49,762 bases of DNA from Vampirovibrionales bacterium. Its GTDB lineage: Bacteria > Cyanobacteriota > Vampirovibrionia > Vampirovibrionales > JAJTHC01. The stretch covers positions 1 to 49,762 of the forward strand of contig JBILSS010000001.1 in assembly GCA_044371965.1 (NCBI GenBank). Reading direction: 5' to 3'. Positions 8,342 through 17,507 of the stretch are shown piece by piece. The position numbers were made by a program, and so were the translations under genes. The notes beneath the pieces are model-generated. The model searched no databases. It was given only the letters and a program-made list of their open reading frames with translations, and was not told the origin of the DNA. Within the stretch, counting starts at the first letter, position 1; every line of letters starts with the position of its first letter.

Positions 8342-8421
8342 CGTCATTGCGAGTGAAACGAAACAATCTGTTCACCACTTGCATTATATTTACAGATTGC
8401 CACGCTACGCTCGCAATGACG
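8342..8421. repeat. Long-hairpin intergenic repeat, GTCATTGCGAG type (family copy 1)
   Basis: CGTCATTGCGAGTGAAACGAAACAATCTG, 22 nt, then CAGATTGCCACGCTACGCTCGCAATGACG. This is a ~29-nt imperfect inverted repeat. It is related in termini and architecture to 36388..36456 and 42251..42331. Confidence 0.7.
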
Positions 8422-8449
8422 TAGAACCGTTTCAAAAAAGGATGCCTTA

Positions 8450-9829
8450 ATGGGTGTAAGCACCGTAACCCTTGAAAGCCTTACTCCTGAAGCCAGTGGA
8501 CTATTGACCATTTTACCGTTGGTCTTGTACACGCTCATGGCGGTGGCGTGGTTGTGGTTTAGCTTCCCTACGCTAAAAGGCAGGCAACGAGCCTATTTCA
8601 TCGTCAGTTTTGTGACGATGACCTATATCGCCCTTGCCTTTATGAAGTCGCCTTACCTTTATTTAATGGTGCTGGCGATTAGTGCGACCTTTAGCTTTTG
8701 TACCTATGTGGTGGATGTGCCTCGCCGATCAGCATCCGTATTGTTGGCATTCTTGGGTTTTTTACTGCTCTTGCCTTCGGAAGTGAGTCATAGCTTGTGG
8801 GTGTTATGGTTTATGAGCCTGTCGCTTCAAAATTACTTTTTCTATCAACGAGGTGTCGTCAAAGCCCGTGGAGACTTGGTCAAGTCCACCTTCTTTTGGG
8901 GAGGCATCGTACTGGTAAACCTACTATTCATCTACCCCAGTTTAGACAAACTCTCGTTAAGCTCTTTTATTATTTCAGGCGGATTCGCCAGCGTCTTACC
9001 CTTTTTCTTGTCGGTGGGCTTGTCTCCCGCACTTGAATATCTCTTCGATTTTTTATCATCTTTGACCTTGCTAGAACTGTCAAATTTGGATCATCCCTTG
9101 ATTAAGCGTCTACAAGTCGAAGCCCCTGGGACCTTCCATCATAGCTTGTTATTAGCGACTTTATCAGAACAGGCGTCTGATGATATTAACGCCAACGGGT
9201 TGTTGACTCGTGTGGGGTGCTTGTACCATGACATCGGTAAAATGAAGCGTCCGATTTATTTTGTTGAAAATCAAGCCTATTTTGGCGTGTCGAATCCGCA
9301 TGATTATTTGAACCCTCGCATGAGCAAACTCATTGTAACGGCTCACCCCATTGACGGTATGAAGTTAGGTGAAGAGTACAAATTACCTGATGCCATTCAA
9401 GCCTTTATGCCTGAACATCACGGTACACTCATTTGTGGATACTTTTACGCCCAAGCCCTTAAGGAAGAAGGCAAAGATCACGTCACCAAAGCCCAATTTC
9501 GCTATTCAGGGCCTAAGCCCCAAACTCGTGAAACGGCGATTGTCATGCTTGCCGATGCTGCTGAATCCGCCGTGCGTGCCTTAAACTCCCCCACCCCCGA
9601 CCAAGTGGATGCCTTGTTAGAAATCATTTTCAAGCAACGCATTGAAGACGGTCAGTTTGACGAATGCCCCATTACCATGCAAGAAATCTGGAAAATCAAG
9701 AAGTCGTTTACGAAAGGCTTAAGTGCGATCCATCACCAACGGGTGAACTATGCCGAAAAAATCAGCCAAGTGCGTTCGGCGGGCAAGTCTAATCCTATGA
9801 GTAAGGGCTACATTCAACCACCTGCTTAA
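8450..9829 (+). CDS. Membrane HD-domain phosphohydrolase (7TM-HD, PgpH-like candidate c-di-AMP phosphodiesterase)
   Basis: 459-aa ORF. About 7 predicted TM helices, then an HD domain: HHSLLLATLSE...LYHDIGKMKRP...PEHHGT...MLADAAESAVR. It lacks the long extracellular N-terminal domain of canonical PgpH. Confidence 0.75.
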   Translation: MGVSTVTLESLTPEASGLLTILPLVLYTLMAVAWLWFSFPTLKGRQRAYFIVSFVTMTYIALAFMKSPYLYLMVLAISATFSFCTYVVDVPRRSASVLLAFLGFLLLLPSEVSHSLWVLWFMSLSLQNYFFYQRGVVKARGDLVKSTFFWGGIVLVNLLFIYPSLDKLSLSSFIISGGFASVLPFFLSVGLSPALEYLFDFLSSLTLLELSNLDHPLIKRLQVEAPGTFHHSLLLATLSEQASDDINANGLLTRVGCLYHDIGKMKRPIYFVENQAYFGVSNPHDYLNPRMSKLIVTAHPIDGMKLGEEYKLPDAIQAFMPEHHGTLICGYFYAQALKEEGKDHVTKAQFRYSGPKPQTRETAIVMLADAAESAVRALNSPTPDQVDALLEIIFKQRIEDGQFDECPITMQEIWKIKKSFTKGLSAIHHQRVNYAEKISQVRSAGKSNPMSKGYIQPPA

Positions 9830-9835
9830 CAGAAA

Positions 9836-10825
9836 CTAGCTCTTCCACTTCGACCAAAACGAACCTTTAGGATTCCCCTGAATCCGTCGAGCCAAGTTCA
9901 TCAGCTGGCTCACAGGGGTAGAGAAAATGCCTTGTGAACTTTCTTCTTCATCGTCCGTCACTTCAGTGGCGTACAAGTCTTCTAACTTAGATGTCAAACT
10001 TTCTGCTGAAGCCAGCTTCGTAATTTTACCGTCTTGAGCAAAGGAAATGGCACCTGTTTCTTCAGAAACGACTAAACACACCGCATTAGAAATTTCAGTC
10101 AAACCAATCGCCGCCCGATGCCGTGTGCCGTAACGCCAGCTTAAATTAGGATCTTCCGTTAAAGGTAATAAAACCCCAGCGGAAACGATATGGTTTTCTC
10201 GATTGATGACCATCGCCCCATCATGCAACGGTGTATTGGGGTGAAAAATGGTTAAAATCAACGGAGACGACATAATGGCATTAATTGGCGTACCCATTTC
10301 GAGGTAATGGGCATCCAAGGACTCATCAGGATCCAAGTCCAGCACAATCAACGCCCCTGTCTTCGATTTAGACAAAAAGCGAATGACATCACTCAAGGTT
10401 TTTACCGCTTGCCACGGTTCTCCGTAGGAAAGGGACGGCTTTACCGAATTCGTACTTAAACTCAACCAGTCGTTCTGCCCGAAAAAGAGCAAGACTCGTC
10501 TTAATTCAGGCTGAAAAATAACGATTAAACCAATCACAAGCAGTTGAATACTCGTGCGGAACACGATTTCTAAAATCATAAATTGAAACTTTTGAGCCAA
10601 TGCCCAAAGCCCCACCAGCAAGATCAAGACAATAAATAAGCCTTTCACCAAGTGATCCGCATGGCTATAGCGAATAAACTTATTGTGAACGTAATACAAA
10701 ATCCCTGCTAGAATTGTGAATTGCACAATAATTCGCCACGAATTGGGCAGTAAAGCACTGATCCATTCATTATGTTGTAGCAGATTTTCCATACCTTGAA
10801 ACCCTATCTCTATCATTGTTTTCAT
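9836..10825 (-). CDS. cdaA: Diadenylate cyclase (DAC/DisA_N domain, membrane-anchored CdaA type)
   Basis: 329-aa ORF. N-terminal TM helices, then TGALIVLD...PLHDGAMVI...GTRHRAAIGLTE...VSEETGAISFA. Acidic C-terminal tail TDDEEESS. Confidence 0.85.
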   Translation of the reverse strand: MKTMIEIGFQGMENLLQHNEWISALLPNSWRIIVQFTILAGILYYVHNKFIRYSHADHLVKGLFIVLILLVGLWALAQKFQFMILEIVFRTSIQLLVIGLIVIFQPELRRVLLFFGQNDWLSLSTNSVKPSLSYGEPWQAVKTLSDVIRFLSKSKTGALIVLDLDPDESLDAHYLEMGTPINAIMSSPLILTIFHPNTPLHDGAMVINRENHIVSAGVLLPLTEDPNLSWRYGTRHRAAIGLTEISNAVCLVVSEETGAISFAQDGKITKLASAESLTSKLEDLYATEVTDDEEESSQGIFSTPVSQLMNLARRIQGNPKGSFWSKWKS

Positions 10826-10853
10826 TATGACATAAATGGCATGCCTTGAAAAG

Positions 10854-10862
10854 CTTATACCA
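10854..10862 (-). promoter_or_regulatory. Candidate extended -10 promoter (TGg TATAAG) for cdaA
   Basis: Minus strand reads ttttaaaTGgTATAAGctt, about 30 nt upstream of the cdaA ATG. The same TGgTATAAG nonamer recurs at 40567-40575 upstream of the nucleotidase gene and at 7315-7323. Confidence 0.35.
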
Positions 10863-10997
10863 TTTAAAAGGTAATATCATCCCCTCTAAATAGGGGAGTG
10901 CTTTGGAGTCTCTGTTTAAGGTGTCGATACCTAGAACAAGACCCTCTCCACAGTGGATTCATACTGTGGTGTTGTCAATTGGCGGAGATTTCACCCT

Positions 10998-11798
10998 ATG
11001 ACTTCAGCTCAAAACCCCTTTGAACAACCTAAAGCAAGCGAAAAGCCTACCATCGCTCAAAATGTGAGCAAAACGGTGCTGCCTACGGATGCCGTCATTC
11101 CACAATTACAACAAAACTTTGTGCGGCAAGACCAACATACTTACGCCGTAATGCCTCGTCAAACGACGAAAAGCAATAACGTGGCAGATTATTTAAACTT
11201 GGTGGAACGGGTGGCTCGTGCCGAGTTTCGGCGTATTCCGCCTCACATGGTGGAACTTGAAGAACTCATTAGTATTGGGGCGTTGTCTGTTCAAAACTTG
11301 ATTAACACCAAAAGCCCTGAAGATATGGCACGTTTGAATATCTCGTACATGGCAACCGCCATTCGTTGGGGGATTCGCAATGAGATTCGGGTGCGTTTAA
11401 AATGGTACACGCTCAAACATAAAAAAAATGATGCCGTTGATGAAGCAGGCAACAGCATTGAAAGCGTCCGTGAAGCGGTGTATGAAACGATTTTGTCGAT
11501 CGACAGCTTGCAAACCAGCGAAGACGGCACCACCAGTTTCGACACCATTGCCGACGGTTCAGCCACCCCTGAAGAAGAACTTGAAATTTCTGAATTGGGT
11601 AAAGCGGTGAAAAAAGCGATTAAGGCGTTGCCCCCTCGTGAAAAGTACATTATGGAATGTCGCTTTTACAAGAACATGCAGGTCAAAGATATTGCGGATG
11701 AAATGGGGCTTTCCAGCTCTCGCATTACACGCATTGTGCAATCCTGCTTGGATGATGTGCGTAAATACCTTAAGGATAGAATGTACATTCAGGATTAA
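10998..11798 (+). CDS. Sigma-70 family RNA polymerase sigma factor (group 3, FliA/SigF-like)
   Basis: Region 2 (ELEELISIGALSVQNLI...YMATAIRWGIRNEIR) and region 4.2 (LPPREKYIMECRFYKNMQVKDIADEMGLSSSRITRIVQSCLDDVRKYL). ATG 10998 is preferred over GTG 10953. Confidence 0.8.
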   Translation: MTSAQNPFEQPKASEKPTIAQNVSKTVLPTDAVIPQLQQNFVRQDQHTYAVMPRQTTKSNNVADYLNLVERVARAEFRRIPPHMVELEELISIGALSVQNLINTKSPEDMARLNISYMATAIRWGIRNEIRVRLKWYTLKHKKNDAVDEAGNSIESVREAVYETILSIDSLQTSEDGTTSFDTIADGSATPEEELEISELGKAVKKAIKALPPREKYIMECRFYKNMQVKDIADEMGLSSSRITRIVQSCLDDVRKYLKDRMYIQD

Positions 11799-11887
11799 TA
11801 TAGAAAGCTCTGCAAAAGTTCAAGTCGGATGAAGATTCAAGGAAAAACAAACGGCTTTTGAGGCGTGTACATAGACGTACACAACGC

Positions 11888-11954
11888 TGATTGCTTGCAA
11901 TCACTCGCGAAGCGAACAACGGCTTGTTTTGTTGATTGCTTGCAATCACTCACG
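11888..11954. repeat. Two direct copies of a 22-nt unit containing a 16-bp near-palindrome
   Basis: TGATTGCTTGCAATCACTCGCG (11888-11909) and TGATTGCTTGCAATCACTCACG (11933-11954). The core TGATTGC-TT-GCAATCA is palindromic. It lies between the convergent sigma and waaA genes. Confidence 0.7.
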
Positions 11955-12003
11955 CTTCGTGCACATGAAGATTCGCCGAATGGGACTTTCGCAGATCTTT
12001 CTA

Positions 12004-12030
12004 TAGTGTTTTAATACCATTTAAACGCTA
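12004..12030. mobile_element. 27-bp mini-element of the TAGTGTT...ACTA family, flanked by TA/TA
   Basis: ta|TAGTGTTTTAATACCATTTAAACGCTA|ta. Its termini resemble the MITE inverted repeats at 39242..39387. Its last three bases (CTA = TAG on the minus strand) are the waaA stop codon. Confidence 0.55.
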
Positions 12031-13374
12031 TATGGAATGCCAGTGCAATTGCTTTAAGACGGCTTCCACCAAGCTATGCGTCTGCCCTTGATGAGCCGCC
12101 AACATGACATAACCCGCTTTGACCAAACGTTCACGCTCGTGGGTATTGGTCATCAATTCCACAATGGCGTGCTTTAAGGCAAGGGCATCTTGTACCTGGA
12201 TGCCTGCTTCATGTTGTTCTACCGTGTAAGCAATTTCCTTAAAATTGTTCATGTAAGGACCATATAAAACAGGTGTACCTACCATGATTGGCTCCAGAAT
12301 GTTATGCCCCCCTAAGTGAGGCAAAAAGCTCCCTGCGACAATCGCCATGTCCGAAAACGCCAAGATGTCTTTTAATTCGCCGATGCTGTCCACCAAAACC
12401 GTTTTTTCTGTATTGAGAGATGTGTCACTCAAAGACGATCTCAAACGAAAGCGAAAGGTTTCTTCCCTTAATAAACGGCTGACTTGAGGGATCCGCTCAG
12501 GGTGTCGAGGTACCAAGACCACCCGCAATTCAGGGAAATCACGAGACAACTCATACAATACATTCAACAACAAAGCCTCTTCCCCCTCATGGGTCGACGC
12601 CACTGTAATAACCGTGCTGTCTTTCGGGAAATTGAAGAGTTTTTTGAGATGCTGGATTTTATCTTGTCGTTCGTGCCAAGGCGGTAAATCAAATTTTAAA
12701 TTGCCCAAAACAGAGACCTTGTTGATGGCATGAGGCAAGAGTAAGGACTTAAAACGCTGGGCATCCAACTTGGTTTGCATGTAGGCGTGATCCAACAAGC
12801 TTAAAATGGGTCTTAAAAAGCGTTTGATTTTTTGATAGCCCAAAAAAGATTTATCCGACAAGCGTCCGTTGATTAAATATAAAGCGGTCGAAGTACGGTG
12901 ACCCACATACCAAATAAAATACGGCCATAATTCCGTTTCCATAATCATGACCAAATCAGGACGAATGGCTTTCACGAGCGGATTCACTGCAAAAAAGGCA
13001 TCATAGGGAAAATAGAGTACCACACACTGATTGCCTAAATCGGTTTGGGCGAGGGTCTGCCCTGTTTTGGTGGTGGTACTAATCACCACTGTGATGTTCT
13101 GCTCTAAAAGCAGATGAATCAAGGGCTTTACCGCTAAAAGTTCACCGACTGAAACCGCATGGATCCACAAGACAGGCTGGTTTCGGTTCAATTTGTCGAG
13201 CTTTTCTTCTAAGGCAGGTGAAATAAAGCCACATTTTTGCCAAAATCCTGCACGCAATTTCGGTACAAACACAAAGGCAAGTAGCCAAAATGGCAAGGTG
13301 AAAAACACAGCGACCAAAAGCAAAGCTTGATAAAGCAGTACACGACGAAAGGCTTCTTTGCTTTTTGAAAGCAC
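12028..13374 (-). CDS. waaA: 3-deoxy-D-manno-octulosonic acid (Kdo) transferase
   Basis: 448-aa ORF. N-terminal TM, LWIHAVSVGELLAVKPLI (the WaaA WIHA-SVGE motif), and a C-terminal GT-B domain GGSF-P-GGHN-LEP. Confidence 0.85.
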   Translation of the reverse strand: MLSKSKEAFRRVLLYQALLLVAVFFTLPFWLLAFVFVPKLRAGFWQKCGFISPALEEKLDKLNRNQPVLWIHAVSVGELLAVKPLIHLLLEQNITVVISTTTKTGQTLAQTDLGNQCVVLYFPYDAFFAVNPLVKAIRPDLVMIMETELWPYFIWYVGHRTSTALYLINGRLSDKSFLGYQKIKRFLRPILSLLDHAYMQTKLDAQRFKSLLLPHAINKVSVLGNLKFDLPPWHERQDKIQHLKKLFNFPKDSTVITVASTHEGEEALLLNVLYELSRDFPELRVVLVPRHPERIPQVSRLLREETFRFRLRSSLSDTSLNTEKTVLVDSIGELKDILAFSDMAIVAGSFLPHLGGHNILEPIMVGTPVLYGPYMNNFKEIAYTVEQHEAGIQVQDALALKHAIVELMTNTHERERLVKAGYVMLAAHQGQTHSLVEAVLKQLHWHSI

Positions 13375-13389
13375 GGTCTTTTCTTCCTT

Positions 13390-13434
13390 CTGAAAAGGGA
13401 TTCATCCCCTGCCAAAGCAAGGAAGAATCCCTTT
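13390..13434 (-). terminator. Rho-independent terminator after rpoC2
   Basis: Minus strand reads AAAGGGAUUCUUCCUU...AGGGGAUGAAUCCCUUUUC. This is a long imperfect stem followed by a U-run, 16 nt after the rpoC2 stop. Confidence 0.55.
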
Positions 13435-13449
13435 AATATCTATAAATAA

Positions 13450-16400
13450 CTAACCAATTAGGTCATCATCGGCGATGTTTGCCGCCAAGTCATCGAACTC
13501 TTCTTCACTTTCAATACCCATGCCCATCGAAGAGGCAAAACTATCATCCAGCAAGAAGTCGCTGAAGCTTTCCACATCGGGAGAACCAAACATGCTTTCG
13601 ATTTCTTCCAAAATCGCTGAAGGCTTACGAGCATTAGATTTGAGGTTAGCGGAATCGTCTTGCTCAAGCTCACGACGCTGATCTTTAAAGCGTGGGAAAC
13701 CAGTACCTGCTGGAATGAGGCGTCCGATAATGACGTTTTCTTTCAGTCCACGCAAGAGATCGATACGTCCTTCAACAGCGGCTTCCGTCAAGACCCGTGT
13801 CGTTTCTTGGAACGAAGCGGCGGAGATGAAACTTTCCGTGTTCAAGCTGGCTTTGGTAATCCCCAGTAAAACAGGAGAGTAAGCGGCAGGACGCTGCCCT
13901 GCTTCTTCCGCTTGACGGTTGGCTTCATTAAGGACTTTCATATCCACCAATTCGCCACCCAGCAAGAAGGTGTCGCCACTTTCATCAATACGAACCTTGC
14001 GAGTCATTTGACGCACAATGATTTCCAAGTGCTTGTCGGCAATTTCAACGCCTTGCGAACGATAGACTCGTTGCACTTCTTCGACCAAGAATTGGCTAAC
14101 GGCTTCAACCCCTGAAATTTCAAGAAGTTCATGTGGATTGATCGAACCGTCGGTGACTTGCTCACCTGCTTTGATGCGTTGACCGTCTTCCACCAAGAGG
14201 TTTGCTCCCAAAGGAATCGCCACTTCCACACGACCCGCTTCATCGTCAATCAAATAGACGTGAGGGACTTCTTCATCCCATGTAATTTCAATCTTGGCAT
14301 TAAAGGGAGCCAAAACCGCAATTTCTTTAGGCTTACGACCTTCCAAAAGTTCTTCGACTTTAGGAAGACCCTGAACAATATCCCCTGTTTTTTGACGTTC
14401 AAAGATCAAGGTGGCAATCAAGTCGCCTTGTTGAGACAGACCGTAATTTTCAGCCTGCAACTGCGTACCAGGACTAATCAAGTAAGGGCGTCCAATGTGA
14501 AGGGTGACCGTTTTGCCGTCGACCGCTTCCACTTGTGCCGAATCAATCGAAAGCGTACCTTTATTATCTAAAGCTTGCCCAACACGAATGAAGTCGCCCG
14601 TTTTGACGATGACATCGCCTGCTAAGGTCTGTTCCTTCAAATGCTTTTTGGACACGAGCAATAAACGACGCACCTCACGAGCATCAGCATCTTTCGGTAG
14701 CAAAATCGTACCGTTGGTTGTCGCCAAAACTTGTGACTTAACCACGGATCCGTTTTTCTCAATAATATCGCCGTGTTCCACCAACAACATGGTCTTGGTC
14801 GCATTAGCACGAACCGTTTCAGAGCTATTGTTGTGACGAATGGTGATATGCTCAAGCACAACCACTTTCAATTCTTGTTCTTCTTCGGTTAAGGCTTGCA
14901 GTTCCGTCACACCTTTTAGGCGAGACATAAAACCACCCATTTGAAGCACCAAACTTGTGCGTAGTAAAGAGGTGCCTTCTACAGAACGAAGCTTGGCTCC
15001 ATCGGTGGCTTGCAATTGCGTTACAGGAATGACACGAATATGCTCTTCTTCAGTCGACATGAACTCAATGTTCACTTCACGAGGGGCAACTTCGTACTCA
15101 TACACAGGACGAATCAAGACTTCCGCATACTCCAGCGAAGAGGTGTCATCGGTGTCAGGATTGAAGCTATCTTCGGCATCATCAATTTGATAGGTAATGG
15201 TGACCAAACTGCGAACCGTTGCCGCAATACCAGGAGCCACTTCATCACCGACTTCTATAATGGTACCGTCATCGACTTGCAAGTCTTTGACTTCATCCAC
15301 ACGATACAATTCACCAGGACGCACAATCACTTCATGGATAATATCATTTTCTTCCACAAAGTTGACGACCCCATCAATACGGGCATAAATACCGTTAACG
15401 AGTTCTGTGCCTGCTTTGACGAACATACCCGAATCCAAACCAGGGGCTTTTAAGGAAATATCCTTAGACACTTGGTGAATCTCTTCAGGAATAAAGAGGA
15501 CTTTCCCTGCTTTGGTGACGATTTGTTGCTCGTCGACTTCTACGCCTTCATAGCGGATTTCACCACTGGTAGGAACAGAAACGCTATCATCGACGAGTTC
15601 GGCAATAATACTACCATTTTCAACGGTCGTTCCTTGCGGAGCCTTAATAATGTAGGTTTCTTCCACATTATCCGTATCACTCACGACTTGCCACAACATT
15701 TCTTTTTTCGTTTGAACAAACGTCGCATTGGCAGGACTGACTGATGCAATCACAACCGTCAATTCCTTACCGTTTTCAATGACTTTCACATCTTCATTAT
15801 TGATGTTCGCTTCAACCGTGACTAAATCTTCAGGCAGGCGGACTTCTCCACCATACTCACTTTGTAGCATGGTTTCAGCCAACACGTCATCTTCAAAAAC
15901 GCTTTGGGAGTCTTGCACTTTAAGGTCAGAACCCGCAGGTAAGTTGTAAACATCCCCACCCAAGACCCAAATCGTACCGCTACGGTTGGCGGTGCGTGAA
16001 ATGTTCCCTTGACGATCCCGCTTTTCATCGGCATCAAAGTCTTCATAACGCACTTTACCGCTTAAATCAGCCGTAATATCTTTGGTCGCTTTTTCAGTCA
16101 AGCGGTTCATGTTACCACGAGCCGAACTCGGATCAAACTCAAAAATGGCTTGCCCTGCTTCAACCGCAGTCCCTTTTTTATGCACAAACAAAGTCGCTCC
16201 AAAGGGAACCGTATAGACTTCGTCTTTGCCTTTGGTATTTTCAATCACCAATTGACCGTCACGAGTGGCAATATCCACCACGTCTCCATGACGGGTACGG
16301 AAATCACGAACAGGCACTTCAACTTTGACTTTACCCGCATTCGTCGCTTTGACGATTTCACGAGACACACCACCACTAAATACACCCCCTGTGTGGAAGG

Positions 16401-17418
16401 TACGCATGGTGAGCTGTGTACCTGGTTCACCGATGGATTGTGCCGCCATAATCCCGATCGATTCGCCTTGATCCACCAACTTATTCGTGGTAAGCGACCA
16501 ACCATAGCACTTTTGGCAGATCCCGAAATTGGTTTCACACGTCAGACCGGAACGCACCAAAATCGCTTCAATGCCTGCTTCGTTAATGGCTTCCGCAATG
16601 GCTTCGGTCATGACTTGACCTGCTTGAACCAGGACTTCCCCTGTTTCAGGATGCACCACATCAACCGCAGACGCTCTTGACACGATTCGATCTTCAAGGG
16701 TAACCACAACAGAACTACCATCGCTAATGGAACGCATCCACACACCTTTTTGTGTGCCACAATCTTCTTCGGTGATGATGACATCTTGAGCCACATCCAC
16801 CAAACGACGCGTCAAGTAACCCGAGTCGGCGGTTTTCAAGGCGGTATCTACCAAGCCTTTTCTCGCACCATAGCTCGAAATAATGTATTCGGTTACGCTT
16901 AAGCCTTCACGGAAATTGGTTTTAATGGGAACGTCGATAATCTGCCCTTGAGAATCCGCCATCAAACCACGCATCCCCACCAACTGACGAACTTGTGACA
17001 AGTTACCACGAGCGCCAGAGAACGCCATCATGTAAATGGAGTTGAGCTTATCGAAGTTGTCGACGACCGCTTTGGTCAGGGTTTCGTTGGTTTCAGCCCA
17101 TGTATCGATAACTTTCGTGTAGCGTTCTACTTCAGTGATTTCGCCTCGCAAATAGCGTTGACGAGATTGACTAATTTCATCTTCGGCTTTTTGCATCAAC
17201 TCTTTTTTCACCGCAGGCACATCCAAATCTTCAATCGAAATCGTGACACCTGCCAAAGTCGCATAACGAAAGCCTAAGTTTTTCAATAGGTTGGCAAGGT
17301 TGCCTGCTTTGGCACCGCCATGTTCATTATAGACCCCTAAAATGAGCTTACCCAGCTCTTTTTTATTCATAATTTTGTTATAGAACTCGGTTTTTTTCTT
17401 GCTTTGCAGGGTTGTCAT
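13450..17418 (-). CDS. rpoC2: DNA-directed RNA polymerase subunit beta' (C-terminal part, cyanobacterial RpoC2 type)
   Basis: 1322-aa ORF. The N-terminus ...LKNLGFRYATLAGVTISIEDL... picks up exactly where rpoC1 ends. Also GARKGLVDTALKTADSGYLTRRLVDV and C-terminal GRLIPAGTGF. A large internal insertion makes it much longer than the equivalent E. coli segment. Confidence 0.95.
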   Translation of the reverse strand: MTTLQSKKKTEFYNKIMNKKELGKLILGVYNEHGGAKAGNLANLLKNLGFRYATLAGVTISIEDLDVPAVKKELMQKAEDEISQSRQRYLRGEITEVERYTKVIDTWAETNETLTKAVVDNFDKLNSIYMMAFSGARGNLSQVRQLVGMRGLMADSQGQIIDVPIKTNFREGLSVTEYIISSYGARKGLVDTALKTADSGYLTRRLVDVAQDVIITEEDCGTQKGVWMRSISDGSSVVVTLEDRIVSRASAVDVVHPETGEVLVQAGQVMTEAIAEAINEAGIEAILVRSGLTCETNFGICQKCYGWSLTTNKLVDQGESIGIMAAQSIGEPGTQLTMRTFHTGGVFSGGVSREIVKATNAGKVKVEVPVRDFRTRHGDVVDIATRDGQLVIENTKGKDEVYTVPFGATLFVHKKGTAVEAGQAIFEFDPSSARGNMNRLTEKATKDITADLSGKVRYEDFDADEKRDRQGNISRTANRSGTIWVLGGDVYNLPAGSDLKVQDSQSVFEDDVLAETMLQSEYGGEVRLPEDLVTVEANINNEDVKVIENGKELTVVIASVSPANATFVQTKKEMLWQVVSDTDNVEETYIIKAPQGTTVENGSIIAELVDDSVSVPTSGEIRYEGVEVDEQQIVTKAGKVLFIPEEIHQVSKDISLKAPGLDSGMFVKAGTELVNGIYARIDGVVNFVEENDIIHEVIVRPGELYRVDEVKDLQVDDGTIIEVGDEVAPGIAATVRSLVTITYQIDDAEDSFNPDTDDTSSLEYAEVLIRPVYEYEVAPREVNIEFMSTEEEHIRVIPVTQLQATDGAKLRSVEGTSLLRTSLVLQMGGFMSRLKGVTELQALTEEEQELKVVVLEHITIRHNNSSETVRANATKTMLLVEHGDIIEKNGSVVKSQVLATTNGTILLPKDADAREVRRLLLVSKKHLKEQTLAGDVIVKTGDFIRVGQALDNKGTLSIDSAQVEAVDGKTVTLHIGRPYLISPGTQLQAENYGLSQQGDLIATLIFERQKTGDIVQGLPKVEELLEGRKPKEIAVLAPFNAKIEITWDEEVPHVYLIDDEAGRVEVAIPLGANLLVEDGQRIKAGEQVTDGSINPHELLEISGVEAVSQFLVEEVQRVYRSQGVEIADKHLEIIVRQMTRKVRIDESGDTFLLGGELVDMKVLNEANRQAEEAGQRPAAYSPVLLGITKASLNTESFISAASFQETTRVLTEAAVEGRIDLLRGLKENVIIGRLIPAGTGFPRFKDQRRELEQDDSANLKSNARKPSAILEEIESMFGSPDVESFSDFLLDDSFASSMGMGIESEEEFDDLAANIADDDLIG

Positions 17419-17507
17419 ATCGCAAAACCTCTTTCATTGAATTAAAAAATGGTATTAAGAAGGATGAAGAGCAGGCAAGCCTTTTGAAGAGGCTTGCCTA
17501 TGGGTCG

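Noticed and set aside
8344-8538. 64-aa minus-strand ORF.
   Set aside because: It is made almost entirely of the hairpin repeat and the antisense of the PgpH-like gene start. This is a typical repeat-derived ORF.
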